Of a stretch of 64,000 nucleotides of DNA, positions 1-12,034 are shown in pieces. The notes beneath the pieces were generated by a model. That model was given only the letters and a program-made list of their open reading frames with translations. It was not told the origin of the DNA and ran no database searches. The stretch covers positions 558,001-622,000 of the forward strand of contig JADEYG010000012.1 of NCBI GenBank assembly GCA_016906335.1, read 5' to 3'. Each line of letters begins with the position of its first letter. The first letter of the stretch is position 1. The translations under genes and the position numbers were made by a program. This stretch comes from Novakomyces olei. Lineage: Eukaryota.

Positions 1-703
1 CATCAGCCCTGACCTTACGGCCAAGCCAAAGGATCAGCAAAGCTTTGCTCGATCACTAGTGCAGAGCCATGCATTGTTCAATGCACTGAAACGGGAGGCA
101 CAGAGCCTTGCACGCTACGGGGTCACTTGTGGTGATTCTTCTTTTGTGATACCCATCGATCAATCGCTAGTTCTTAAAGCGCAATTAACGCCCTTCTCCA
201 GCAGCAGGCCAGTAGGCCCGGATCAAGACGCTTACTGGACCCGGTGCCTTGGCCTGTTCGAAACATTGGTTTACACTCTACAGGCACTTCCAATGTTCCC
301 AGAGAGAAGGCTTCTCTTGACACTACGTTCGCTATTGTACCATCGACGACAAATTCTGGCAGCGGAAGGCCAGCTCGCTCGAGTTTTGGCGGGCGAAAAC
401 AAAGTCACTGGCCAGATCAAGCGTCGATATTACTCTAATCTAGAGTTTAAGTCGTCGCAAGATTTCAAGTCGGTTGTGGCGCAATTATTTCATTCGTCCG
501 TAGTGGAATCATCGCTGGAGATCGATGTTGGAAACGCGACGGTCGAATTCGTGCTGCGGACCAGTACTGGCAACGAAAACATAGCGCCCATACAGATTGT
601 GTTTGTACCACAGGAGGGTTCTAAACGGGAGCTGGTGAGCTGGAATGAGGCAGATATAGTGGATATATTGACATGGGTCTCCACACCTTTGACAGAGGCA
701 TGA
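1..703 (+). CDS. MED17: Mediator subunit Med17/Srb4, C-terminal part (5'-truncated by window edge)
   Basis: Frame is open from the window start. ALFNALKREAQSLARYGV resembles the conserved LF.EL.REAR.L..YGV segment of fungal Med17. Identification rests on that one motif. Confidence 0.5.
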   Translation, partial: ISPDLTAKPKDQQSFARSLVQSHALFNALKREAQSLARYGVTCGDSSFVIPIDQSLVLKAQLTPFSSSRPVGPDQDAYWTRCLGLFETLVYTLQALPMFPERRLLLTLRSLLYHRRQILAAEGQLARVLAGENKVTGQIKRRYYSNLEFKSSQDFKSVVAQLFHSSVVESSLEIDVGNATVEFVLRTSTGNENIAPIQIVFVPQEGSKRELVSWNEADIVDILTWVSTPLTEA

Positions 704-869
704 AATAAACAAAACAAAATAAAATAAAATAAAATAAAATAAAATAAAATAAAATAAAATAAAATTAAATAAAATAAAATAAAATAAAATAAAATAAAAT
801 AAAATAAAATAAAATAAAATAAAATAAAATAAAATAAAATAAAATAAAATAAAATAAAATAAAATAAAT
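703..869. repeat. (AAAAT)n microsatellite starting at the Med17 stop codon
   Basis: Direct reading: about 30 near-perfect pentamer units. Confidence 0.98.
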
Positions 870-975
870 CGTCTCTGCAATATTTGTATGCAAATGTTTT
901 CGGGCTGGACAGCGTAGTTAACTATACTTGACAATGAAACGCTGTGTTGTCGTATAAGCATCGCGGACCCCATAG

Positions 976-998
976 GGTTAGGGTTATTAACCCTAACC
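976..998. promoter_or_regulatory. Palindromic telomere-repeat box GGTTAGGGTTA-T-TAACCCTAACC
   Basis: Perfect 11-bp inverted repeat built from TTAGGG units, upstream of the MYST gene. Function is inferred. Confidence 0.4.
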
Positions 999-1110
999 AT
1001 AAAGAACTCTCGGCGAAGCGAGAGTAGTGGTAAACAGTGAAAACGAGGGCTCCACTCAAGATACGCGCCGCGTATTCAGGCTCCATTCGTCCCAAAAGAC
1101 ATGCATCGGG

Positions 1111-1989
1111 ATGAAGCATGTTTTTTTTGCAAACAGCTTAATTGCTGATACCTTTGCTTCCCCATATCCCATAAAGTCAGAGAATGACGCGCTATTTATT
1201 TGCCATCGATGTTTCAAATACACACAAGACACCGCCGCTTTCTGCCAGCATGAAGTACGCAAACAATTGTGGTCTGTAGCTAATTGAGAAGGCATTTTGC
1301 AAGACCGCTTTTACTTTGCCCGGACAGGTAGTTTATCGGGATGGCAAACGCTCTGTTTTCAAATTGGATGGTCTAGTACACAAGGTAAGTATAGACCTTT
1401 GCTTTCTGATGACTAATTTTAGCTCTTTTGCCAAAACCTGTGCTTACTAGCAAACCTTCTCTTGGAGCAGAAATATGTGCATTTCAACATTGAAGATTTT
1501 TACATTTTTCTGCTTGTCGAAGAGAAGGATTCGCGTATTGTTGGGTTCTTCTCAAGGGAAAAGGTTTCATGGTATAATTTCAATTTGGCTTGTATTGTCG
1601 TATTTCCAGAGTTCCGTGAACGCGGGTACGGCTGGTTTTTAATTGCCCTTAGTTATGCTATATCCCGTCGTGAAGGCCTTGTAGGATCGCCCGAAGAACC
1701 AATCTCCGAGCTTGGCCTTTTGGGGTTTCGTAGCTACTGGAAATATGAAGTTTCCCGGACCATTCTTGCCCTGTCCCGAGCTTCTGCGTTTACCATGAGC
1801 TCAATAACCGAAAAGTCTGGAATGAGGGAAGATCATGTGATATTTGCTCTTCATTCGACTGGAGCCCTTCTTGGCTATGACAAGACAAAGCAGACCATTG
1901 CCGTCTCGCGACCTATCTTGGAGTCTTGTTATGCCAAGCTGCAAAAGAAAATCAAGTGCCGTCTGGACGAATCGTGCATCTCCATATGA
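1111..1989 (+). CDS. Minimal MYST-family histone acetyltransferase (Sas2/Mst2-like), 3 exons; start uncertain
   Basis: Introns 1255-1291 (37 nt) and 1385-1422 (38 nt) join SPYP..FICHRCFKY..H (C2HC finger), LFCQNLCLLA, NLACI, RERGYG and GSPEEPISELG in frame. Confidence 0.85.
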
Positions 1990-2213
1990 CAGACAGGTGA
2001 TTGATCAGCTTTGCCAGTCTTTGCCAGTCTTTGCCGAGTTTTCAACTACAATTCTTGTTCAAACGCGGGCCACACCAGATGGAAAAATGAACGAAAAGAA
2101 ACGGAGAATTCAAAGAATTGAGAAAGCATGAATAATTTCTACCCGGATTCTTGAAATAATATTAGACCATTGTTCATCTATTTACAGGATATCCCAAACC
2201 CACTACACAAACG

Positions 2214-5149
2214 CTACCGCTTCTGCTCGCCAATGCCGTCTTGCTTGTAATAGTTGCTCAAAAGATTGAGCATCCCTTGGTCTTGTGAGCCCGCTTGCTC
2301 CCTCTGTTCTCGATCGCTGACGGGCTGGCTATGGTGATTATCAGCAGAAGCAGAAGTATCGCCCTCACCCGCTCCAGCATAGTAAGATTCAGCAAGACCG
2401 GGGACGTGGCTTTGCGGGTGCGAAGGCTCCTTGAATGCTGAAATTGACCCGTCGACTGTCGACTGAAGACCATCTTCAATCTCTGAAACTGGAGACAGGT
2501 GGCCTCCAAGAGCAGAGTGTCCGATACTGCGACCAAATACTGGTGATCGGAAAGCATTTCCAGAATTCGGAGTCCAATTGGCTCCGTCCATTCGTGGCGA
2601 CAATAGGCCCTCATTTCGAGGGACCCAGTCGGGGTACATTGCACGAAAATTAAGGAAGGATTTTTCCATTTTACCTTCGTTTGAAGTGTCCCGCCCATCT
2701 TTAGCCTGACTTGGGGCTCCGTATGCCTGGTCACCGTGACGGTTAAAATCAAAGATCGCAAAACTGCAAACGTAGCCAATACCGTCAATGTGGACAGTAT
2801 ACTGACGGAAGAAGTCAATGATCTGCTGAGAGCATTTGGGCAGACTAAACCAGAGCACTACGGGGGTCAAAAGGACCGAAAGCAATTCCCATAAAAATAC
2901 TGATAATTTAAGGTCGTACAGAGAGCAAAATTGGTCTTTTACCTTGCACAGTCAGACATTGATGGGATCATAAAGTGCTGATCAAACTTACCAAGGGAGA
3001 ATGAAGACTGCTTGTCCATTCTCGTGGCATATAATGAGTGTATTCGGCCACAGTCTTCAGTAGGGCCTCCGGCTCGTACACTAAGTTTTCTTCTGGTATC
3101 ATGCCCCGGCTCAAGGCTAGTATAGCCCCAAATACAAGGATGTAAAACGATGCCGGTCGCTCTTCCGTGATCTGGAACTTGGAGAAAACGTCAGCGTCCA
3201 ACAACGAAGCCAGTACGAGAACAGCGAAAAAGGATCCGGCAATGAAGGAGATGAACCTTTAATAGTTAACAAATTGAATCAGGGATTGACCGAACAAACT
3301 TACTTGAACACTTGAGTCACCTTGTCTTTAGGAAACTGGTTCACATAGCTTGAAGCGCTGGCATAACTCATCTTGATTCGCTTGTCAAAGATATGCGGCA
3401 GTTCATTAAACTCTCGAAACTTCCACAGCGCCAGCCGCGTATACTGCCGTGAGCCAATATAAGACGGGTTCTTGTGATACTCCTGTACAGCAGCTTTAGC
3501 ACTCCCTTTTGCCCTTTGTTATTGTGAAGACTTACATTAAAATACTTGAAAAAGTAAAACAAGATCAAGTATATAACAATGAACGGTATCAACATCAGGT
3601 TCATTATTCCGGCAAAAATGAAGCGTCTGCGAAGCCTTTGAAAACAGTCAGACGAATCCAAATCAAAAGAAAAATCGAGTAATAAATTCAAAAGTCTAAA
3701 CCAGACAAACACAAGTATAAGTTTCAAGTAGATAAATTTCCAAACAATATTGAACAAATTAAAATAAAACAAAATAGTTAAATTAAACATTAAACATACC
3801 CATCCGATAAAACTTTACGGTACTGTGTATTGAGAAAGATTGGACGAATCTGTCCGTTCCTATCAAAAATGAATTGTAATATGCACAAGTTCAAATTCCA
3901 TTCCAATGTCTGAGTCAAGAAAGGCTTATCTTTGAAAAAGTAGATGTGTGCAGTGAGATCAAGAATGTTTTTGTTGATAATTGCAATCATATAATTTTCT
4001 TTCCTCATTACTCGGTTTGCAATATCGTGAGCGTCCATTCTTTCGCGAGGTAAAGACCTCATCTGATTGTTACGCAACGCGTTGGCAGTAGCCGCATTGG
4101 AATCGCGCAGGGCCATTAAGCGGTGAACAATTTCGTGCCAGGAAATAGTCTGAAGATCTGCCTAGACAATCGTTAGACCGGCAGAATTCGAGTGTAGCAT
4201 GATAACTTACCTCGTGAACGCCCAACACGTGGACGTACAAATTGTGCATCTCCCATAAACGGGGGATGTCTAAAAAATATTGCAAAACTCGGGACAACCA
4301 AAATACCGCAAACAAAAACGCTAAAAGCGTGGCAGTCCAAGACATTCTGTAGTATTAGTGGCCGACAAAACGCAAACGGACTATCCACAAAACCCATATC
4401 ATAGAACAGAGGCACGTGCGACGCTGGGTAGAGCATTGAAACCGCAAGTGAGTCTCAAGCAAGGGGCCAATTTAGAATAATAATAATCAAAACAAATTCA
4501 CGTACTGAGCAAAGCATCGGCCGTTGCTGACATCAGCAAGCGAGTTGTTGGGCCGAATTGCAGAATAATCAATGCAATTTGTCAAATAGAACGAAAAGGC
4601 GACAACAAACAGAATCGTTCTACCGCTTAGTCAAACTCCCTATATGATAAGCCTTACGCCAAGTTCAATGCTTGTGACAGCATAATGCTATAAACCCCGT
4701 TGCCAACATAATACGAGTAGACCTGCGGCGTAAGCCAAAATCATTTAATTGCAGACATACGCCTTGAAGGTAAACATCAAGATTCTCTACGTTGGCCCAT
4801 TTCCACAAGGCGCGCTGACGCGGACTCACAGTCACCATCGGACGCGGCACTCCGCTATTTGAAACAGGCAAAGGATCGTTAATGTTACGTCTCCTTGACG
4901 ACGACCGAGGCTCTTCCATCATGAACGAGGCCGGTACAGTATCGTCATCGTCGTCTTCGTCATGGTCTTGCCGAATATCCATCTGCACTTTTTAGTCACA
5001 GATCTCACTACAAACTCGAGTCCTACCTCTAAATCGCTTGCAAAATTAGGCCGGCCTGTAAGCTGCTCCTCATCCTGACGCGCTAGTGCTTGGTAAACCG
5101 ATCCCTCACCAAAGGCACGCGACAAGGCCGCCTTTATCGGGGCAGCCAT
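2214..5149 (-). CDS. ATG9: Autophagy protein Atg9 (lipid scramblase), multi-exon
   Basis: Motifs [67 protein letters not shown] and [14 protein letters not shown] introns include 4983-5026, 4723-4760, 4620-4657 and 4347-4505. Confidence 0.95.
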
Positions 5150-5240
5150 TGCGACTTTGTGCCCCGGATTCTGTTTGATTATCAAGATAATGTATACTAT
5201 AGATACAGCGTGCATATATATATCATTAATTAATTAATTA

Positions 5241-5400
5241 TTGTTTATTGTTTATTATTTATTATTTATTATTTATTATTTATTATTTATTATTTATTAT
5301 TTATTATTTATTATTTATTATTTATTATTTATTATTTATTATTTATTATTTATTATTTATTATTTATTATTTATTATTTATTATTTATTATTTATTATTT
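5241..5400. repeat. (TTTATTA)n heptamer microsatellite in the ATG9/COG6 divergent promoter
   Basis: About 22 tandem 7-mers. Confidence 0.97.
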
Positions 5401-5495
5401 ATATATACAGTTTCACCAAAGGCTTTGTGCACGCAAATCCAAATGTCCATGGCTCGTTTCACGGCGACATGCTAGTTTGAATCGTATAAATTACA

Positions 5496-8200
5496 ATGCA
5501 CGGCGGACTAGCGGGAGGCGCTTTTTCTGATGCTTTACGGGGTGAATCTAGCAAACCGTTTAGTCAGCGAACGATTGAGATCTTGGGGACCTCGTATAGC
5601 GATAATCGTGTTGGCGAAGCGTTAAAAATCCTGGAACAAGAATATAATGAAGGCAACGGGTTTCAGGCTGTGGATACGACTCAGCATTTACTTGATGCAG
5701 ATGGCAAATTCATCGCCGGTTTTGCTCCGTTAGTGGAGGTAAGCGCGTGCCTTTTATTGCCATCGTCTATAAAACAAGGACGTTTAATTCCAAACCAGTT
5801 GTACTTTGCTGCCGGTTTTTATTCTGTTTTAATCTGCTATATTTTATTTTTATTTAAATTTTATTTTTAGTAGCCCGTACATAATCTCCGCATCTCTCTA
5901 ACTGGCAAAGGCCATAGACAAAGCCGAAACTTCGATGAAGCAATGCCGTTATGATTTTGACCTTATCCTGGCGAAGTCAAAGGCCATAGAAGCATCATTA
6001 CAGCCTTTACTTGCTGAAGCAAGCTCAATTCATGAAGACAAAGTCGCCATTGAGTCGAAATTATATTTACTTGACGCGCTTTCGGCTCAATTTACGCTCA
6101 GCGAGAACGATGTTTTAATTCTTACCTCAGCGAGCAATGAAGTCGACGATAGTTTTTACACTGCTTTGTCTAGAGCAAAAAAAATATCCGATGACTGCGA
6201 ACTGCTTCTATCTAGCGAAAATCAGAAAGCTGGGTAAGTACAAATCGATCCGTTGTCGACGAGCCCTTTACTGTTTATATATCTAATACTTATCTGTTCG
6301 TGACTGGCGGTGATTTTGGGCGCCTTTAGCCGTGCTTGAATCGGTCATTTACTTGATTTGATCACGCTACTACTCTCATTCGATGCAAATAATCCTGATA
6401 GTTCTAAAGCTTGCTTTTAAAAGTTTTTTAAATTTGTTCTTTAGATTTTTTTCTGGTTTCATTCATCGTTCCAAAGCTACCGGTTTCTCTTCACAACTGC
6501 TTAGCTTATACTCGTCAACTATAGATGTTTGCTAATGGCAGTGTGGCAATTATGGAGCAGATGGCGAAATATATAAATGCCGGCTACGAAAAATTATACC
6601 GCTGGACTCAAAAGCTAACAAAGACATTACTGAATGCTTCGGGTGGCAGTGCGAATCAAAAGCGACTTCGAAGAGCTATTCAGGTTTTGTGGTCACGCCC
6701 AGCGTTGGTCAGAAAATGTTTTGAAACTATATCGCAAGAACGCCAAGAACAGAATTTCAGGTTTTTCATGAAATGCCTTCGAGAATTCGATCAGCAGCAC
6801 GGAAGGCCGTTAGATTTAAGTGCATCCGACCCTGTTCGGTACGCTGGTGACCTTTTAGCTTGGCTCCACCAGGCAATTGCTATGGAAAAAGAGTTTGTGG
6901 CAGAGTTTATGGATGCACGGGAGGCCGAGGATGGCCCAAACAACCAAACGAATAAAAATAATGGAGACAATGAAACGGAATTGAACGGGCTGGCAGCTCT
7001 TGATTTGAATGCCTCTGAGGATACTCTTTCAATTAAAGATATGATAATTAGCATCGTTGACCAGGATCTGAAATCAGTGGTCCATCCTTTGAGGGTAAGC
7101 GGTTTTTTCTATTCCCTAGTTGATAATTCAAAGCTAACAAATTATTTTTTTTCCTACAGAGACGTATTGAAACGAGCACAAACAATGTAAAAGACCTGGT
7201 GACCTTATTCAAAATCCGGAATCTCGTCCTTTTCTACGGCGAGATGCTGAGAAAAGATTTCACGGAAACTGCAAACGTGATTGGCCAGCTTAACCGGCTG
7301 GATGACTACTTGAAGGATCAGTTTTTGCTAGTAGAAAAGTCTCTCCTTCCCGCTGCCAGAGACGTTGCTAGAGACCCAGCAGTGTCTCAATTACAGCCTC
7401 CCAATTTTTTGATTGAAACAGTAAAAGTTTTGGATGATTTGCTTGTTTTGAACGAAAAGTCTATGACTACCGGTCCTGAAATTAATACGATTAATGAAGT
7501 CATTTTCCATTTAGTGGACGGCATTACGGACCTATGTGAACAGATTTGCGCTTCATTCGGGGAGCCGGAGAAGTCTATATTTCTCCTTAATTGCACTGAT
7601 CATATAAAGGTAAAACGTTTTCATCTGGCACTCTATAATATTGCCCATTTAATCAAATTTATTTTATTTAATTTAGCTTTGTTTTTATTGGTTTCCTCTT
7701 TTGTTTTAAAGCTATTGATAATGTTTAAATCATTTTACCAAATTGCTAACCCTTAGTCTCACCTTGAACGCTTCAAGGCTGCGGCCGACAAAGTCCGACT
7801 TCTCGATTACTTTGAAAAGCATTTAATTGAAAACGCAGAGACTGCTCAATACCAATGGTTCATCGACAGCTCTGGCTTCCGCGACGTGATCAACAAGGTT
7901 GATGAAACTTTGTCGAATTCCGAGGTCACAATTACTCCGGAAGAGCTGCAAGAAGCCTCACAGAAACTGGAGGATTTCATAATATCCGCGGCTACTGACT
8001 CACTAGACCGTTTGTCCTCATTAAAAAAGACACGAATGGCTGCTGCCATATCCGACAAAGCTGCAGACAACTTTTGTGTAGCGTACGAGCGAGCCGTAAA
8101 GTTCTGTTTGAATAATGTACAGTACAGTCAAACGCTGCTGACTCGCAGTGTGCATGATCTTCGTGTACTGCTCGGAATTGCCAACGAAGCTTATTCCTGA
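5496..8200 (+). CDS. COG6: Conserved oligomeric Golgi complex subunit 6, about 5 exons
   Basis: Motifs IMEQMAKYINAGYEKLYRW, RPLDLSASDPVRYAGDLLAWLHQAIA.EKE and IFLLNC. ORF pieces are linked by GT-AG introns. Confidence 0.9.
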
Positions 8201-8355
8201 TAGTAAAATGCAAGAGAATATAGATAAATATAAATACAAATAAATATTCAATCTTTGGCTTTCACTCTATCGTTTCCCCTTCCAATCGAAGAGACAAAAT
8301 GCAAGAAGACTCCTTATAACCAATGCCGACCTAGCAAAAGAAAATAGTAAAAATC

Positions 8356-10572
8356 TTAGAGCACAAGGCTGGTCAAGTATTGGTCAAGAGTTATAATCTG
8401 GAGCTTTCCATGATACTTTCGTACTACAGCCTCGTCAGACCAAACAGAACTCAATCCAGAACTGAAGGCAACAACTTCCACGGACCAGCCGGCAGCTAAT
8501 GCTCTCTCAGCCATTCTGAAAAACCCGCCAGAATGCTCCGCGATATTTCCATCGCCCGTAGAAAGAACTATAGTGGACGGAGGATTATCGTAAATTGACT
8601 CGAGGATTTTCAAATGCAACAGCTCATCCACACCTTGCTCCCTTCCGTTCTTCAAGTCGATGTCTTCAGCAGGCGCACCGTCCATGTTTTTCAGTTTGGG
8701 CGCATTTACACGGCGAAGGACATGGACCTCATAGTCCAGGATTTCCAAGTCGTGCCAGCTCTGTGAAAGTGGATGAGACCCAACACATACTTTCTTCGCA
8801 TACCGCCGTCCACGCTCGAGCAGGATACTGAGCGAAAGCAAATCCATTCGCGGCTTTCCGCCTATGCCGTTACTGGCTGCACATTTACGAAAGCCAATCG
8901 CTATATTTGAGCAATCAACAAAGGCATGAATAGGGTTAGGGTCAGTCGGACCCGCTCGGCCGGGCCAGTTAAGTTTGTTTGTGTAGGCAATGGAACAGTA
9001 AGTTGCCAAATTTCCGTCCAGAGCAGGTCGATGTGAGAGCTGTTCAATCAGCCGTAAATGCTGCAAGTCGGTTGGACTGACTTTAGTGAAATCAAACACG
9101 GAAAGGTCGATTTTTTGCAAAGACTTGATTGCTGTTGATGACTTTTTCGCAGTTGCTCGAACGGCCTCAGTTGCACTTTGCAATGCAATTGGACTTTCGA
9201 TTGCGCTGTTTTCTTTTACTGAGCCTTGTTCCTTAGTGGCAATAGCCGGAGAGTTCGATCCGGTTGAACTGCTATCAAGATTGCGTGAAAGAGTCAGAGA
9301 CACTTGCTCTGCAGCGGCTACCTGCGCAGCCAATCGCTGGCGCTGGCGCTCACCTTCTTCCAGCCATTCACTCTCAGAAAAATTGCGTTGCTCTGCTGAT
9401 CGCTGCTTGCGTTTTAAAGATATTATTATTTCTTGCTCTTTTTGTTTTCGAAGCTTTTCCCCTTCTCTAGCAGACTGCAATAGCTGTGATCTACGTAGCT
9501 CGTAAAACTCGGCCTTTTCCTTTTCTTCCCGCAAGCGTGCCTGCTGTTCCAGGTACTCTTTTAATTCTGCCAGCCTTTTACGCTCCTTTTCTGCCCTTTG
9601 CCGTTTTAATTCGGCTTCCAGGCGAGCCTCTTCCGCCCTCTGTTTGGCTTCTCTTCTGGCTTCAGCCAGAGCTTGATCTCGCAGTCTTTGCTGCTCTAGT
9701 CGGAGCAATTTCTTTCTCCGTTTAGCCCTCAACCGCTCTGCTTCCAGTTCAGCAAAGTACTCTGTCTCTTGTTGCAATGTTTCCTTGACGCCCGCAAGCT
9801 TGGAAGCGTCGACAGCCACCTCAATGCTCTGCAAGGGTATCTTGATTTCAGGTGACGCCAAGTTTTTTGACGGGGCGATGTTGCGATGATTGCTCGTATT
9901 CTCATACACAGGTTTATTAACAATCTGTATATCCAGTTCAATGCTTTCCTCTTCGTCCGCAATATTCATAGATAATTTTGAGGGGGCTTTTGGGCTTGTA
10001 CACTGGCCTTGATCTCTGTCAGACTGCTGCTCCTCGCCCGCCCAGGCCAATTGGTCTTGCACAGCAGATTCTGCTCTAAGGCTGTCCCCCGACACTATAC
10101 TGTCTGCCACCACCCCCGTCCTTGTATCTAGTGCATTTGCCTCCAATGCATTTGCCTCCAAAATTTCGGCCCGTGCGTCTTTTGCAATTGCAAAGGGCTC
10201 ATTGGGAACGCGTCTATTGCTTTCAATCGCCTCCTGTCCCACCATCAACTCGGCCTGCCGGTAATCGCTCTGATTCAAGTAAACTGGTGTTGCGTCATCT
10301 TGAGTATAGGCATCACCTTCAATCTCGTCCCGAGCATAGCTGTAATGGAGATCTGGAGAAATTCTTATTTCTGCCACTGGGCCATCACGGGCCGCATATA
10401 CCTGTGCCGATATTGTATCTTTTACGTCGCCAACTGGATCTGCTAGTGTAGCGGGCTCTGCTTCCAAATTTGCCTCATTTTTTAATGGAGCGCTCTGTGA
10501 AACCAGTTCGGGGCTTTTTTGCAACTTTGGCCGCGCGTTTAGTAGCTTCCATCTCTTGGCGCGAGCCGACAT
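8356..10572 (-). CDS. 738-aa protein: acidic disordered N-terminus, central coiled coil, C-terminal NYN/PIN-like (LabA/DUF88-type) nuclease domain
   Basis: Single long ORF with motifs FVDCSNI, EQGVDELLHLKILES, TIVLSTGDG and ALAAGWSVEVVAF. Confidence 0.75.
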   Translation of the reverse strand: MSARAKRWKLLNARPKLQKSPELVSQSAPLKNEANLEAEPATLADPVGDVKDTISAQVYAARDGPVAEIRISPDLHYSYARDEIEGDAYTQDDATPVYLNQSDYRQAELMVGQEAIESNRRVPNEPFAIAKDARAEILEANALEANALDTRTGVVADSIVSGDSLRAESAVQDQLAWAGEEQQSDRDQGQCTSPKAPSKLSMNIADEEESIELDIQIVNKPVYENTSNHRNIAPSKNLASPEIKIPLQSIEVAVDASKLAGVKETLQQETEYFAELEAERLRAKRRKKLLRLEQQRLRDQALAEARREAKQRAEEARLEAELKRQRAEKERKRLAELKEYLEQQARLREEKEKAEFYELRRSQLLQSAREGEKLRKQKEQEIIISLKRKQRSAEQRNFSESEWLEEGERQRQRLAAQVAAAEQVSLTLSRNLDSSSTGSNSPAIATKEQGSVKENSAIESPIALQSATEAVRATAKKSSTAIKSLQKIDLSVFDFTKVSPTDLQHLRLIEQLSHRPALDGNLATYCSIAYTNKLNWPGRAGPTDPNPIHAFVDCSNIAIGFRKCAASNGIGGKPRMDLLSLSILLERGRRYAKKVCVGSHPLSQSWHDLEILDYEVHVLRRVNAPKLKNMDGAPAEDIDLKNGREQGVDELLHLKILESIYDNPPSTIVLSTGDGNIAEHSGGFFRMAERALAAGWSVEVVAFSSGLSSVWSDEAVVRKYHGKLQIITLDQYLTSLVL

Positions 10573-10917
10573 TTAGATGCAGTTTATGCTCAATGCCGCA
10601 TTGTGCCTTTATTAGTTTAATAATAATAATTAATTTTAATTATTAAAAAATAATTAAAAATATTATTATTATAATTTTTATAATTTTTATAATTTTTATA
10701 AATATTAATGAATATTATAAATATTATATTGACATTATTATGCACCACTCTCACTTTTGCACCAAAATATGATCTTGTAGACGTCCGTTTCACGGCTCAG
10801 CTATAATCGATTACAAAATAAGAGTACTATGGCTTGACGTGTTGTGACGAGCTCTCTTGTCAGACAATATATATAAACTGAATCAATCTAAACATCCCTT
10901 GAACTTATTATATGCAC

Positions 10918-12034
10918 TCATGAGGGCTCTAGACGAAAAATATGACTCTCCTCAAGCGCATATACCGTCAAAGTGCTTGAAATCTAGACGTTAATCAATG
11001 CCAAATTTAAATGTACTTACAATCAAACGAAATAATCGAGGTAATGTACCGGCCCACAGGAAAAGAATACCGCCTCGCTGCCTCAGTTTTTTTGCACAGT
11101 CCCACGTGCTCCCGTACATCTCTCGCGACCGCAAGGTCTGCATTTGTGTTTTGATTACATCAATCGGCTGAGTAGCGTAACTTGAATTAGCCAGCATGTA
11201 CGGGAAGACTGGGGCGATAGCATATTCAAAACAAAAGGTGATACGTAAACTATAACTGAATCCAATTTTGCCAGTGTGCAAGCGCAACCAAAAAAAAGAG
11301 GAAGAAATAGAACGAAACTTACACTGTAATAAAGGCAGAAATAGAGCCAATAGCCAAAGTCTCCACGGGCCCAATTTTCTCACCGGGAGGTAAATTGCCT
11401 TCAATAGTCTGCCGAATACCAATGTAAGAGGAAAACCTGATTGAGGATACAAAGCATGCTCGGAGCACTGTAGCAGTTGCACCCTTAGCAGCGTCCCTTA
11501 AAGTAGAGGGCCGAGATTTAGCTTCAATGTAGCTCGTCTTCCATGCTTCAAAAGGCGTTACAACAAACAGCGATTCGACCAGCCCAGTTAATGCACCTGC
11601 AAAAGCCGCCTTGGTAGCAGTAAAAGGCCGATTATGATCCATCAGATTGGTGATGCCTGTAAACACGGAATATCGAGCGGCATTTTTGGCTATAAATCCT
11701 GTGATTGCTGTAAGATTAGAGCCTGATACGCTTGTTCGTGTGCCATTTCGCTTACCAATACCCGACCCGCAAAAGCTGTCTCTTCCAGCCAAAGACCGAT
11801 ATGGTTTAGCAGGAATCTGCAATTGACGTTTTGTTTTGGCATAGTCTGTTGTTAGCGTTGCTGAGACTTTGATCTTTATCGCCGTTTACCAAAGGGATAA
11901 GTTACATAGTACGAAATTGCATTCACTGCGGCCGCTGCTGCCGCTCTGCTCAAAGACGGCTCTGGTCTTCCGCTTGTTTTTGGCGTTGCCGCTACACCTC
12001 CGCCGCCACTATTTACATCGGCGTTGATGCTCAT
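10918..12034 (-). CDS. Mitochondrial carrier family protein (divergent citrate/tricarboxylate-carrier-like), multi-exon
   Basis: Three PX[DE]XX[KR] signatures (YPFDYAKT, TPFEAWKT, QPIDVIKT) after splicing. Substrate and exact 3' end are uncertain. Confidence 0.8.

Noticed and set aside
509-1000. ORFs with FILFY, IIYYLLF, IYLF, poly-N, poly-L and poly-Y runs (also 5241, 18929, 26405, 33571, 35102, 36911, 40460, 43683)
   Set aside because: They are translations of stop-free microsatellite frames, not genes.
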